NCBI GenBank assembly: GCA_010909165.1
Contig: VJWM01000222.1
Location: forward strand, 62,001 to 126,000
DNA from: Anthoceros angustus
Taxonomy: Eukaryota > Plantae > Anthocerotophyta
Reading direction: 5' to 3'
Length of the DNA: 64,000 nucleotides
In this document: positions 11,285-21,830 of the stretch, piece after piece
How the letters are laid out: every line of letters begins with the position of its first letter
How positions within the stretch are numbered: the first letter of the stretch is position 1
Translations under genes and position numbers: made by a program
Notes under the pieces: model-generated
Databases searched by the model: none
Told to the model about the DNA's origin: nothing
The model's input: the letters and a program-made list of their open reading frames with translations, nothing else

Positions 11285-11645
11285 ATGGTGGGGCACCAGT
11301 GCGAGGTTGGCGGTATTTAGAGGCAAAAGCTCGCTCGTGGTGGTGGGGCACCAGGTGCGAGGTTGGCGTATTTAGACGCAAAAGAAAGCTCAGGGTGGTG
11401 GGGCACTGGGGTGCGAGGTTGGCGGTATTTAGACGCAAAAGAAAGCTCGCAGGTGGTGGGGCACCAGGTGCGAGGTTGGCGGTATTTAGACGCAAAAGAA
11501 AGCTCGCCGTGGTGGTGGGGCACCAGGTGCGAGGCTCGCAGATTTAGAGGCAAAAGAAAGCTCATGAGTGGTGGGGCACCAAGGGTGCAAGGTTGGCGTA
11601 TTTAAAGGCAAAAGAAAGCTCATTGGGGTGGTGGGGCACCAGTAG
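11285..11645. repeat. Tandem repeat, unit about 57 bp, about 6-7 copies
   Basis: GGTGGTGGGGCACCAGGTGCGAGGTTGGCGGTATTTAGACGCAAAAGAAAGCTC repeated. Inverted partial copies (CCAACCTCGCAC...) lie at about 10685-10875. Confidence 0.9.
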
Positions 11646-11759
11646 GTTGGGATTTAGATCTTTCTTTTGGGTTTATAGAAACCCTTTAAAGTTCTGTGGG
11701 GTGGTGAGACCTTGAAGATCCGAGCAATTTTGCTGATTGTGTGTTTCCTTCGTGGTGAC

Positions 11760-12330
11760 AAGGCGTGATTTACAAACTCCAGTAGCGCAAAATGGGTTGG
11801 CTACTTAGATTTCGATCGCATTGGGGATCCACGCCTGTTGGCACATCTTGTCATTTTGAAGATCGCCGCATCGCCTTACCCATAGGTAATGCAATCACAT
11901 CCTACTTCTCGTGTGAAGTTTGTGGAGATAGTGTCAGTTAGTTTCTCCCCATTCTTTGAGGGTGTAGCTACGAGTGAGCACCATCAAGGTTAAACTTTTC
12001 ATAATCTCCTTGATGTATTTTTTCGATGGAGAGTAATTGTGCCCGATCCTGTTTACAAAATCAATACCAAGGCAAAATTGAAGGTCTCCTTGATTAGTCA
12101 TCTCGAATTCTGACGGAGCATGTCCTTGACCCGAGCTAGTGACCCGCCGATTGCCATCACGGCCATTCGTGGCTTTGATGCGACGGTGGATCCGCCTAAC
12201 ATCCAAACATGTAAGTCTGAAACATTAGCACTGTGAGTCAAGCGCGATATGGGGCTCAACCCATTCCTCACGTGATCGCCTTTCTCTTGTTGGGTATCCA
12301 GGAGGAGGAGCAACTTCCACTTCCTTCAAG
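11760..12330 (-). pseudogene. pol: Ty1/Copia RT fragment (second copy)
   Basis: ORF 11934..12206 SEFEMTNQGDLQFCLGIDFV...SKKYIKEIMK. Paralogous to 69-430. Confidence 0.8.
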
Positions 12331-12379
12331 TGATGGAACAAAGATGATAAGCCTCACCATATGAGTGACTTGTCTAGCG

Positions 12380-12770
12380 TCATAAAGCTACTACAATAGA
12401 CTAATCCAAGCCCTTTTACATGGGCGAGTGTTTAAACTTAGGCAAGGATTTAGTAGCCTCTTGTTGTCTGGTACATACTATACCTTACTATCCCCTTTCT
12501 ACATCATCACGAATATAGTGATATTGAATCTCTGTATGCCTTAAAGCTACTACTACTAATCCAAGCCCTTCTCTGTGGGCGTGTTTAAACTTAGGCAAGG
12601 ATTTAGTCAAGACATCCATGTGTTGTAAAATCATTGGTACATACTACTTTACTATCCCCTTTCGCAGATTACGAATATAGTGATGTTGAATCTCTATGTG
12701 TTTCGTGCATGGAACATGGGGTTTGCAACTAAAGCAATTCTTGACATATTATCATTAAGTATTGTTGGCC
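12380..12770 (-). pseudogene. pol: Ty1/Copia RNase H C-terminal remnant, tandemly duplicated
   Basis: Minus strand reads TKSLPKFKH...KGLGL twice, preceded by RFNITIF/HIDI-type residues, i.e. the Copia ...H.D...AD..TK.L...F.......LG end. Mirrored at 63390-63790. Confidence 0.7.
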
Positions 12771-12789
12771 CTTCTGCGTCATACCCAGA

Positions 12790-14050
12790 TCCTCACATAG
12801 CTTCCTTTCCCATTCAGCCTCTTTTGTGGCTTCAGTGAGAGCCTTGTACTTTGATTCTGTTGATGAAAGTGATATGGCTGCTTGTTTTCTACAAGACCAA
12901 TTAACAACAGTGGAGCCAGCGGACTTCTTATTTCGGCACTAACTTCCTTCAATTTTTGTGGAAGATTTCGAGAGGAGCCAAGCCGGATTGGGGCACCATC
13001 ATGTATGAGGCCTACATCCATCACAGGGAGAAGCTCCTTAGGCCAAATTCGGATGAGGAAGGGCCAAGGCCTATTATCAAAGACCTATTTGGTGCATTTG
13101 TGGGAGACCGAGGGCTCCTCACCGAAGAGAGCGGAGGATGCTTGGCATCCTTCGAAATAATTCACCTCCGGCCAAGCTTAGAGAGGCCTTTGCCTTCGCT
13201 TTGAGGAAGACGATGGGAGGCCACCTCGCCGGGGCCAAGGCGGAAGAAGTAGAGGCAACGAGGTTGCCGGTGGCCTTTCCCCAGAGCAAGGGGAAGGAGA
13301 GGAGGCAAGGTCCCGCCGAGGAGGGCCGGATGGTAGTCTATGAGAGGAGGGCTACCACGGGAGGGGTGACCCCAAAGGTGGGAGGAGTTCCCACCATTTC
13401 ATGGGTGCCTAGGGAAGAGGCACCCGGTGGGAGGCAGCCTACCCAGGGTGGCGACTACCTGGTAGGCGATCACCACGGTAGTAGGCGAACTACCGTGTGA
13501 GGAGCAGCCTATCGCGGTGCGCCCTGTAGGTGCCCAGCCTATGTAGGGAAGGGAAGGAGAAGCGGTGGCGTGGCGGCGCCAGCCATCACCCGCTTGGGTG
13601 GGAGAGCGGATGGGGCGACAGTGCGAGGGCTCGCCGTCGATGGCCCCGGAGTGTGGAAAGGCTGGAAATTTCCAGCAAGAGGCCACCAGTGGAATTTGGG
13701 CCCCTGAGTTCTTTGAGTGCTTGTGAAGCACTCACGTGACAGAAGGGGCTAGGGAACTAGCAGCCTCCTTGTGGGCATGTCGGAGGAAGGCCCAAGAGAT
13801 GAGGAGGAGGCGGGGACCAAGTGGCAACTGGAAGCCATGGAGTCCGATGAGAAGGCAGCCAAGTTGGAGAAGGCTGTGGAGAAGCTCCAGCGGGATCTTA
13901 TAGACCAGCGAAGAGCGGAAAAGGTCTTGGAGGGAAGGTTGGCTCAAACAGAGGAGAGAGCTGTCCGGAGGAAGAACTTTGGTGGAGGCGGACCCATTTG
14001 TTGTAGTGGGGCGGTCGAAGCACAGAAGCCCAGGTTAGAATAGGAGGAAG
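12790..14050 (+). pseudogene. Degenerate ORF of unknown function, probably a retroelement accessory protein with a C-terminal coiled coil
   Basis: Joined frames: FDSVDESDMAACFLQDQL...FALTSFNFVEDFRGAKPDWGTIMYEAYIHHREKLLRP..., then ESDEKAAKLEKAVEKLQRDLIDQRRAEKVLEGRLAQTEERA. Mirrored at 62050-63330. No family recognised. Confidence 0.45.
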
Positions 14051-14489
14051 AGGATGAGGAGATGAGTAGAGGATTAGAAGTGTAGGTGTTAGTGGAAGGC
14101 CACAGAGCCTAAGGGAATCCCAAACTGCAAGTGAAGAGGGCACTCCACAGTGGAGGAGATTGGTCTTAGGAGTAGGGACGAAATTGCGGTGCGGATCGGG
14201 GTCCACGGCGCAGTGGTAGGCTCCCTTGGCTAAGGCGTAACACCAATTGTGTCGTTGTAGGTTGAGAATTGGTAGGCTTTCGGGCGGTGCAAGCGGTGCA
14301 GTGTAAGAGGGTGAGTAGAGGCGCCTTGCTCGCTTAGAAGGTTGAGAAGTTGTGTCACTCATAGCTATCGGTTATCCACAGGACCTCGAATTTTCACACG
14401 AGTCTCATGGGACGAAACCCAACGACGGTTGGGATAAGTGTGGCGCTAGAGGGGAAAACTTGAGCCCCGGGTTTTCGCCACACAATCAC

Positions 14490-15480
14490 CAAGACATGTT
14501 TGAACAACTTTCAAGCTACTTGGCGATGAGGCGCTGGATTTGTATGAGGCACATCAAGCTGATTTGTCCTCTACCATCTCCATAGTGAATCCCACGGTTT
14601 AAGGAGCTGCGGCTTGCTTGGCAGCAAGTTGGCAACGGCGTGAGTGCCCACTGTGCAAAGATTGCTGCTGGGACGATTCGCCCTGTCAGCCACCATCCGT
14701 GGTGAGTCTGACTGCTGCTGAGCGAGTGGCAGCCACAGTGGGGGTCCGGAGTTCATCCAAACTCCCAAGTATCCCAACCCCGTGGAGGAGTTCATGGCCA
14801 TCCTTGAGAAGGCATTCCCACTCAAGACTCCCGAGAAGATAGCTAGCTGGCCAGTTTCGCTCGTAAGAAGGGTGAGACTGTCCAGATGACTTTTGCAGCT
14901 CGGTGCGAGAGGCACGGGATGTTGATGACCAAGAGGCGAGAAGTTTCTTCGGCGTTGGAGGGATCCATTGTTCCACTTTCAACTTGTCACCTCTTTGGTG
15001 GACAAGTATGGACAACTACACCACAGTCCATGAAGAAGTGGAGCGCAAGGAAATCGCGTTTTCAGCGTATGCTTCTCGACACTCCAAGGCCTTCACGCAC
15101 TATCAAAGCATGTTTTCCAGCAAGGGAACACATCCGAGGCGTGGGATCAGGGTTTCAAGCCCATTCAGGCCGGCCAATCAAGTCAGCAGCAACCACCTCC
15201 ATGCTATGCAATCGCTGTGGCAGCCGGATCATTTGGCTCCGGCGTGCAAGCTTCCTGTGGAAGGTTTGCATTGTTCCCATTGCAACAAGACTGGCCATTT
15301 GGTTACATGTTTCAAAAGCATCGGGCGCAAATATCGCAAGAAGTCCACACCTTCATGACTCCACAACAATGGCGGTTGAATGCGTCGAAGGGCCGATCAG
15401 TGAATGGGGCCAAGGCCAAGGAGCGGCTAACGCCGACAAGATTGCCGCATTGGAGGCAGCGGTGGCAGCACTTACGGCTG
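14490..15480 (+). pseudogene. gag: Family 2 Gag with two CCHC zinc knuckles
   Basis: Across a frameshift: CNRCGSPDHLAPAC (CX2CX4HX4C) and CSHCNKTGHLVTC at about 15205-15310. Upstream EEFMAILEKAFPLKT is shared with copy B (EEFMAILEAFPLKT). Confidence 0.8.
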
Positions 15481-15929
15481 ACTAGGAGCCCAGTGCATGG
15501 CGCACCTCCACCTCCAAGCCCCGGGCGCCATTTTGGCACCCCTGAGGAGGGAGAGGAGGATTACGGCTGCCACATGAGGCCTGTGTCCACTCTTGTGGAC
15601 TCCACGCCTGATTCATCCTACCCGCCACATGGGTAGGATGTGACTTGAAGAAGGCGCATTTGGATGTTGCTGGGCCGATCCTTACTCGGCAACGAGCGAG
15701 GGCTGCCATGCCTAGATCCTTTGCGCTGCCTCCCGCATGTCCATCCTGTTCGGGGCAGGATCACTGGATGGGCCGAGAGCCGCCTCACATTCAAGTCATG
15801 GGACACCCCGAATGTGCGCATCTACCACCGTACACCCCGACCTTGATCATGCGCAAGGTGTTGGAGATCTCCCTCCGACATGGGAGTTGGGCGTGCTCGA
15901 TTCTGAGGTGCTGGGCTTGGCAACATGAA

Positions 15930-16520
15930 GCCATGGTATCCCATACTCGGATTGCCGGAGAGTCCCAACGCCGGACACTTCCAATCCCACACATGGGGCT
16001 GGGGACACCTCAACACCTCCATGTTGACTGAGGAGAGCATTGGGATTCTCCAGTCCCATACTCGGGACAGCCGGTGGAGTCTCAACACGAGACTCGGTCC
16101 CATACTCGGATGCCGGGAATCTCAGCCTTGGTCCTCACAGTCCACCACAGGGTGACAGGCGAGAATGCCAAGCACCTTCAGCTCCATGCCAAGGACTGCG
16201 AGGAGAAACCCATCAGGGCCTGCAGTCCCATACTCGGATTGCCGGTGGATCCCACATGGGGCTGGGGACACCTCAACAGCACACAGCTCCATGTTCGAGC
16301 TGAGGAGAATTGGGATTCTCCAGTCCCATACTCGGGACAGTGGGGTGGAGTCTCAACAGGACGCAGTCCCATACTCGGATGCCGGGAATCTCGCCTTGGC
16401 CCTCAGGTCCCACACACAGGGCCCGGCAGTGAATCCCAATGCCAAGCACCTTCAGCTCCATGCCAAGGACTGCGAGAGCCATCACGGGCCTCCGCAGTCC
16501 CATACTCGGACGGCCGGGAT
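15930..16520 (+). repeat. Repetitive Gag-protease linker (unit about 250-270 bp, with 7 copies of CCCATACTCGG)
   Basis: CCCATACTCGG at about 15940, 16056, 16098, 16227, 16324, 16367 and 16498. Equivalent arrays at 25450-25750, 34450-34660, 51730-51950 and 59930-60250. Confidence 0.85.
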
Positions 16521-16699
16521 TGCGGTGGATCCCACATGGGCAGCCTCGGCGTTTTGGCTGGGTGTGCCCACCACCATCGACCATGTTACGATGGTGGGAG
16601 TGGCAGGCAGGCCACCCACAGCCATGAGGAGGGCCAGCCACTTGGAGGGCGATCGCGCCTGCCATGGTAGCGGAGTACTCGGGAGCACCCCGCATTCAG

Positions 16700-17110
16700 C
16701 CCACCAATCGCATGAATGTGCGAGTGAGCAATGCCATGGTGGACAATAGGGAAGGCCATGTCACGGTGAATGGCTATGCTCCCAAGCTTGTGCTCTTGGA
16801 CACGGGCGTGATCATTAGCAAGGCTCGCCAAACTGAACTTCAGGAACGGCACTCCGCCATTCACCCAATCGGGACAGCCATCTGTGGAACCCGTGTGTGA
16901 GGCTGTTCAGCCACATCACGCTCAAGCCGGGACAAGCTGCCATGACATTGGCCATTCATTGCCTTGTCACGACGGCTAACTTCGATGTCCTTCTCGGACA
17001 GGTTTTGTTTCCACCGCATCGTGGACAATTGACAGCAAGCTCACTACCGATTGGCGTGGTGAAGTGGCACTTTCCCTTGAATGCATGGCGGATTGGATCG
17101 ATCGCCACGT
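16700..17110 (+). pseudogene. pol: Family 2 aspartic protease
   Basis: RMNVRVSNAMVDNREGHVTVNGYAPKLVLLDTG(A)...; the downstream FDVLLG resembles the DxxLG flap motif. Confidence 0.78.
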
Positions 17111-17429
17111 CCTAGCTACTCCAGTCCTTATGGCGACCATTCAGGCTGTCCCCGAGGTGCTCCACAGCCAATATTTGGAATGCTGAGCTTGACCTTGTTC
17201 AGGATGGCTTTGATCAGACCACGAGGCTATCCGACTTGGTTCAGCTCTCACGCAGCTGCGCTTCAGATCACCTCCGATCCCCCATTGTTTCATGTCGCTC
17301 TCAGCATTGCTCTTCCAGGGACGATAAGTCCACCGCAGGAGCTCGACTATCAGCCCAGGACGCATCCCTCCACCACGGCAGCCAGCTCCAGCTGATCAGC
17401 ACGGACATGGCACCACCGCAGACTGTGCT

Positions 17430-18240
17430 GAAGTATGGTCCTCACAACTAATTGGTGGGTTGCGGCATCTTTCGTTACATTTTTGCCATTGCTTTTCGCC
17501 TTAGCTGCGGCTTCCCTTCACTACCCATGCTATCTCGTGCACCTTTTCTACTGATGCCCCAAGACATCCAGTAGCCGCCCATTCGCTCCACGGCCCCATC
17601 CACTTCGTGATTGCGGGATGGGAATGCCAAGGATTTTCTCAAGCCCAGGGGAGGATTACAAGACCCACGAACCGCCTTGTTTTGGGACCTTCACCGCATC
17701 TTGGTGGATGTTCAGCACTTGCCCAGGCTGCTGGAGAACACCTGGCAGTGGACACTCGGCTGCAAGTTCGCCAAGACATGGCCATCATCCAGCATGTGGG
17801 CACGCCCTTGCTCATGGATGCTGTCCAGTTGGCGGTTTGCTCATCGCGAAACTATTGGACCAACTGGCCCCTCAACCTTTGCTAGAGTTGGTGGTCACCC
17901 GCTACTCGGGACCCCACTCTCAAGCTCTCCAATGTGTTGGACCCTTGGCATCAGCCACGGGCGTGACAGTGCCGGCGTGCACCTTGGTACCCGCACCACC
18001 GGGGCAGGCAGCCCCTTCCCACCCTAGTGAGCTTTCCGGCTCCTATGCTCAGGGGACAAGGCAGGTCTGCTATTCAACAACACCCACCTGGGAGGAGCCC
18101 AATGTGGAGAGCGGGGCGCGTCATGGGTTTCCACACCCATGCCACTGCTGCTCCCAAGTTACCGTCACCGCCGGGCCGCCTTGGGCCGCTATGGATCTGT
18201 CACCCTCACTTGGCTCATCAGCATATGTCGGCCTTTCAGC
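17430..18240 (+). pseudogene. DNMT3-like C5-cytosine DNA methyltransferase domain within Gypsy Pol (copy A; motif I degraded here)
   Basis: PQDIQ...HGPIHFVIAGWECQGFSQA..GLQDPRTALFWDLHRIL (motifs III/IV, 17557-17705), LLENT (VI, 17728-17742), MDAVQ...AHR.RNYWTN (VIII), EPNVE...VMGFHTHATA (IX), RRAALG.AMDL..LTWLI (X). Confidence 0.88.
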
Positions 18241-18769
18241 TGTTGGCATTCCAGCTCCCCGCCCGAGGTCCTTTTCCCGTGCATCCATTTGCCCTTCCCG
18301 GATACACCACTGGTCATATTGGCTTGATGCGGGGGGAGGCAGTGGCATGGCCATGCATTCTCAGCATCAAGCTCTCGTGGACATGGGAAGCTGAATCTGG
18401 GGCGATCCAGTATGGGATCGTCCAGTATGGGAAGATTCGGAGTAGGGACTCCCAATTCAGCACCCAAGCCTCGCTTATGTCGAGACTTTCGTTGGGTCAT
18501 GGGGCCCCAACTCACAAGGCGGCAGATACATGCCCTTTTGCTCCAATACCGGGCTGTTTGCCTTCTCCATGCGGGAATTAGCGATGTAATGTGACCACCT
18601 TCGCATCAATCGACCAGCAAGGAGCCTATCAGGCGCTACTGGGCTCAGCAAACCGAGTGGGACATGGTGGATGCACTGTCAAGAGTTGCTTGAAGCCGGG
18701 CTCATTCGCCCCTCTAGCTCCGACTATCTGCTGCCACAGTGATGCCTCCCAAGAAGGACAACAGGATGT

Positions 18770-19240
18770 GGGCACGCCCTTGCTCATGGATGCTGTCCAG
18801 GTTGGCAGTTTTGCTCATCGCCTGCGAAACTATTGGACCAACCTGGCCCCTCAACCTTTGCTAGAGTTGGTGGTCACCCGCACTACTCGGGACCCCACTC
18901 TCAAGCTCTCCAATGTGTTGGACCCTTGGCATCAGCCACGGGCTGTGACAGGTGCCGAGCGTGCACCTTGGTACCGCACCAACACGCCGGGACAGGCCCG
19001 GCAGACCCTTCCCACCCTAGTGAGCTTTCCTGGCTCCTATGCCTACAGGGGACAAGGCGGCTGTTCAACAACACCCACCGAGCCCAATGTGGAGGAGCGG
19101 GAGCGCGTCATGGGTTTCCACACCCATGCCACTGCCTCCCAAGTTACCGAGCGTCACCGCCGGGCCGCCGGCGCTATGGATCTGTCGGCCCTCACTTGGC
19201 TCATCAGCATATGTCTGGCCTTTCAGCTGTTGGCATTCCC
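18770..19240 (+). pseudogene. Duplicated C-terminal half of the methyltransferase (motifs VIII-X)
   Basis: ORF 18591..19466 reads in one frame: GTPLLMDAVQVGSFAHRLRNYWTNLAPQPLLELVV...EPNVEERERVMGFHTHATASQVTERHRRAAGAMDLSALTWLISIC. Confidence 0.85.
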
Positions 19241-19559
19241 GCGGAGCTCCCACCCGCCCGAGGTCCTTTTCCCACATGTCAAATCCATTTGCCCTTCCCG
19301 GGATACACCACCTGGTCATATTGGCTTGATGCAGGGGGGGGGGGGCAGGTGGCATGGCCATCCCAGTCTGCATTCTCAGCATCAAGCTCTGGTGGACATG
19401 GGGAAGCTGAATCTGGGACAGTCCCGAGTATGGGACCGTCCCGAGTATGGGACAGTTCCGGAGTAGGGACTCCCAATTCACAGCCAGCACCCAAGCCTCG
19501 CTTATGTGCTGAGACTTTCGATTGGGTCATGGGGCCCCAACTCACAACGGGGCAGAAAG

Positions 19560-20850
19560 CACAGATACATGCCCTTTTGCTCCAATACCAGGATTGTTTT
19601 GCCTTCTCCATGCGGGGTGAAGCGATGTAATGTGACCACCTTCGCATCAATCGACCAGCAAGGAGCCTATCTACTGAGGCGCTACAGGCTCAGCAAAGAG
19701 TGGGACATGGTGGATGCACGCTGTCAAGAGTTGCTTGAGGCTCATTCGCCCCTCTAGCTCCGACTATCTGCGCCAGTGATGCCTCCCAAGAAGGACAGCA
19801 GGATGTGGACAGAGAAGAGGATGTGCGGAGACTACCGTCCTATCAACTCAGTGACAGCCCAGGATCGGTACCCCATGCCAACGCCGGAGGAGATTTTCGA
19901 CAACATTGGCAAGTCTACCTACTTCTCGATTTTGGATCTGCGTCAAGGCTTCAACCAGGTGCTGTTGCTGAAGAGGACATCAAGAAGACAGCCTTCCACG
20001 GCTCTCAACAGCTGTGGGAATGGCTGGTGATGCCCTTTGGCTTCAAGAACGCAGGTGATAGCGTAATGGACATAGTACTTGCGAGTTCAGAACCTCATGT
20101 GCTACATTGATGATGTCCTGGTCCACGAGGACTTTGAGTCTCATTTGGTGCACCTGGAAGATCTGTTCAAGAGATTGCGAAGGCGCGATTGACATGTCAC
20201 CAGTGTATTTGGCATGGACAAGTGGCATACCTTGGTCATAGGGTTGTGCACAGGCGTAATGCCTCATGCTGCCAAGGTACAGGCCATCTTGCAGGTGCGA
20301 GAGCCCACAACCTCTCGCCTTGCGAGCTTTCCTCGGCCTATGCAACTATTACCGAGTATACATTCGGGACTTGACCGGTGCCAAGCCCGAATGACTTGTC
20401 GGAAGGATGTTGTTTGGGCCTGGACGGAGAAGACCCAGCAAGCTTTAAACGCTGAGCTTGACGGAAGCTCCTGTCATGGCCAGACCTGACTTCTCCAAGC
20501 CGTTTGTGGTACATACGGATTGGAGCATCTTGGGCCTAGGGGCTGTGCTAGCCCAACAAGATGAAGATGGAAAGGAACGGGTGGTTGCGTATGCTTCACG
20601 CAGCAACAATCGTGAAGCCAACTCTGATAGCTACCAAGGGGAGTGCTGTATGGGGTTTGTCATTTAGGCCCTACTATGGCAAGCCCTTCACGCTAGTCAT
20701 CGACCATCAGCCCCTCAAATGGCTGATGACCAACACCAAGTTGAGTGGGAAGCTTGCAAGGTGGGCCATGATCTTGCAGGACTATGAATTTCAAGTGGTG
20801 CACCAGGGAGTCACACACCAAAACGCGGACACTCTCTCGGAATCCCGGTG
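19560..20850 (+). pseudogene. pol: Family 2 reverse transcriptase and RNase H
   Basis: MPPKKD...KRMCGDYRPINSVTAQDRYPMPTPEEIFDNIGKSTYFSILDLRQGFNQ, KTAFHGSQQLWEWLVMPFGFKNA, CYIDDVLVH, PDFSKPFVVHTDWSILGLGAVLAQQDEDGKERVVAYASR, KPFTLVIDHQPLKWLMT...LARWAMILQDYEF...NADTLS. Confidence 0.93.
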
Positions 20851-21129
20851 CTAGTTGCGAAGATGTTACAGAAGCGGACAGGACCAAGATGATGGAGATC
20901 TGCAGCATGTCGGTGGCTGCGATGGTGGCTTTGACAAGCACAGGTGGTCCAGTATGGGACAGTCCTTAGCATTGAGCACATATGCTGGGGACAGGAGGTC
21001 CAAGGACATCAGGAAGACTCAAAACTCTCCTATTTGTCCAAACAGGACAATTTGGATCAGCCATTGAGCACTGAGCAAGAAAGAATTAGCCGGTGCGCTT
21101 CCAAGTATCAATGGCGTGATGGGCATTTG

Positions 21130-21830
21130 CTGAGGAGGCTGACCAATGGGCTGGAACGATTGGTGCCACCACCTGCTGATAGGGAGCAGCTGATTTGTCG
21201 AGTGCACGATGACATGGGCCATTTGGAGTCAAGCGTGCACGGTTTGCTCCTCCGCATTTCCATTGGCAAGGGATGTACGCCCAAGTCAAGCGGTGGCTGT
21301 TGCAGGGGCTGACAGGTGAAGACCTCCTTCACCATCCGAACCCTCAGCTGCACCCTTTGCCTATCATGGGACTGTTCTTTAGGTGGTCTTGTGACTTGTT
21401 GGGTGAACTACCCAAGACACCACGAGGGCGTGTACATTCTCGTCATGATGGAGCACTTCTCCAAGTGGGTAGAGGTGGTGGCCCTGCCGGACAAGAGCTC
21501 CAAAAGCACCGCTCGGGCCTTTCTTCAGAATGTCTGAGTCGCTTTGGGAGGCTGCGAGTGCTTGACGGATCGAGTGCGAATTTGAGGAATTCCAAGACCC
21601 GCTGGGGCCGCTCATCGACCATCGCAGGACCAGCCGAGACCATCCCCAGGCTGATGGCCTGGCTGAACGGATGGTACAGACCATCAAGAAGGGTCTAAGG
21701 AAGCTCGCCTTCAAATGCCAAAAGGCAGTGGGACTTGGCTCTTCCTACATCGCCATGGCTACCGTGAGTCGGCATGCCTCCTTGGCACATTTCAGTCCCT
21801 ACTTCTTGCTGTTTGGGAGGGAACCCATGC
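21130..21830 (+). pseudogene. pol: Family 2 DDE integrase with H2C2 zinc-binding region
   Basis: RLVPPPADREQLICRVHDDMGH, FFRWSCDLLGELPKTPRG..YILVMMEHFSKWVEVVALPDKSSKSTARAFLQ, LTDR, AERMVQTIKKGL, FSPYFLLFGREP. Confidence 0.9.

Noticed and set aside
10925-11645. CRISPR-like appearance of the 55-57-bp arrays
   Set aside because: The units are head-to-tail with no unique spacers, there are no cas genes, and the context is eukaryotic TE sequence.
14439-14483. Helitron 3' end (hairpin plus CTAG on the minus strand)
   Set aside because: The hairpin-to-CTAG spacing is too short, and I found no matching 5' TC end or Rep/helicase.
17430-18240. Host DNMT3/DRM gene or bacterial Dcm contaminant
   Set aside because: The domain is intronless, multi-copy and always lies downstream of the retroviral protease, before RT wherever RT is retained. 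The motif order is not DRM-permuted, and the VDRYI/AHR.R.YW/ER.MGF motifs are DNMT3-like rather than Dcm-like (not tested phylogenetically).
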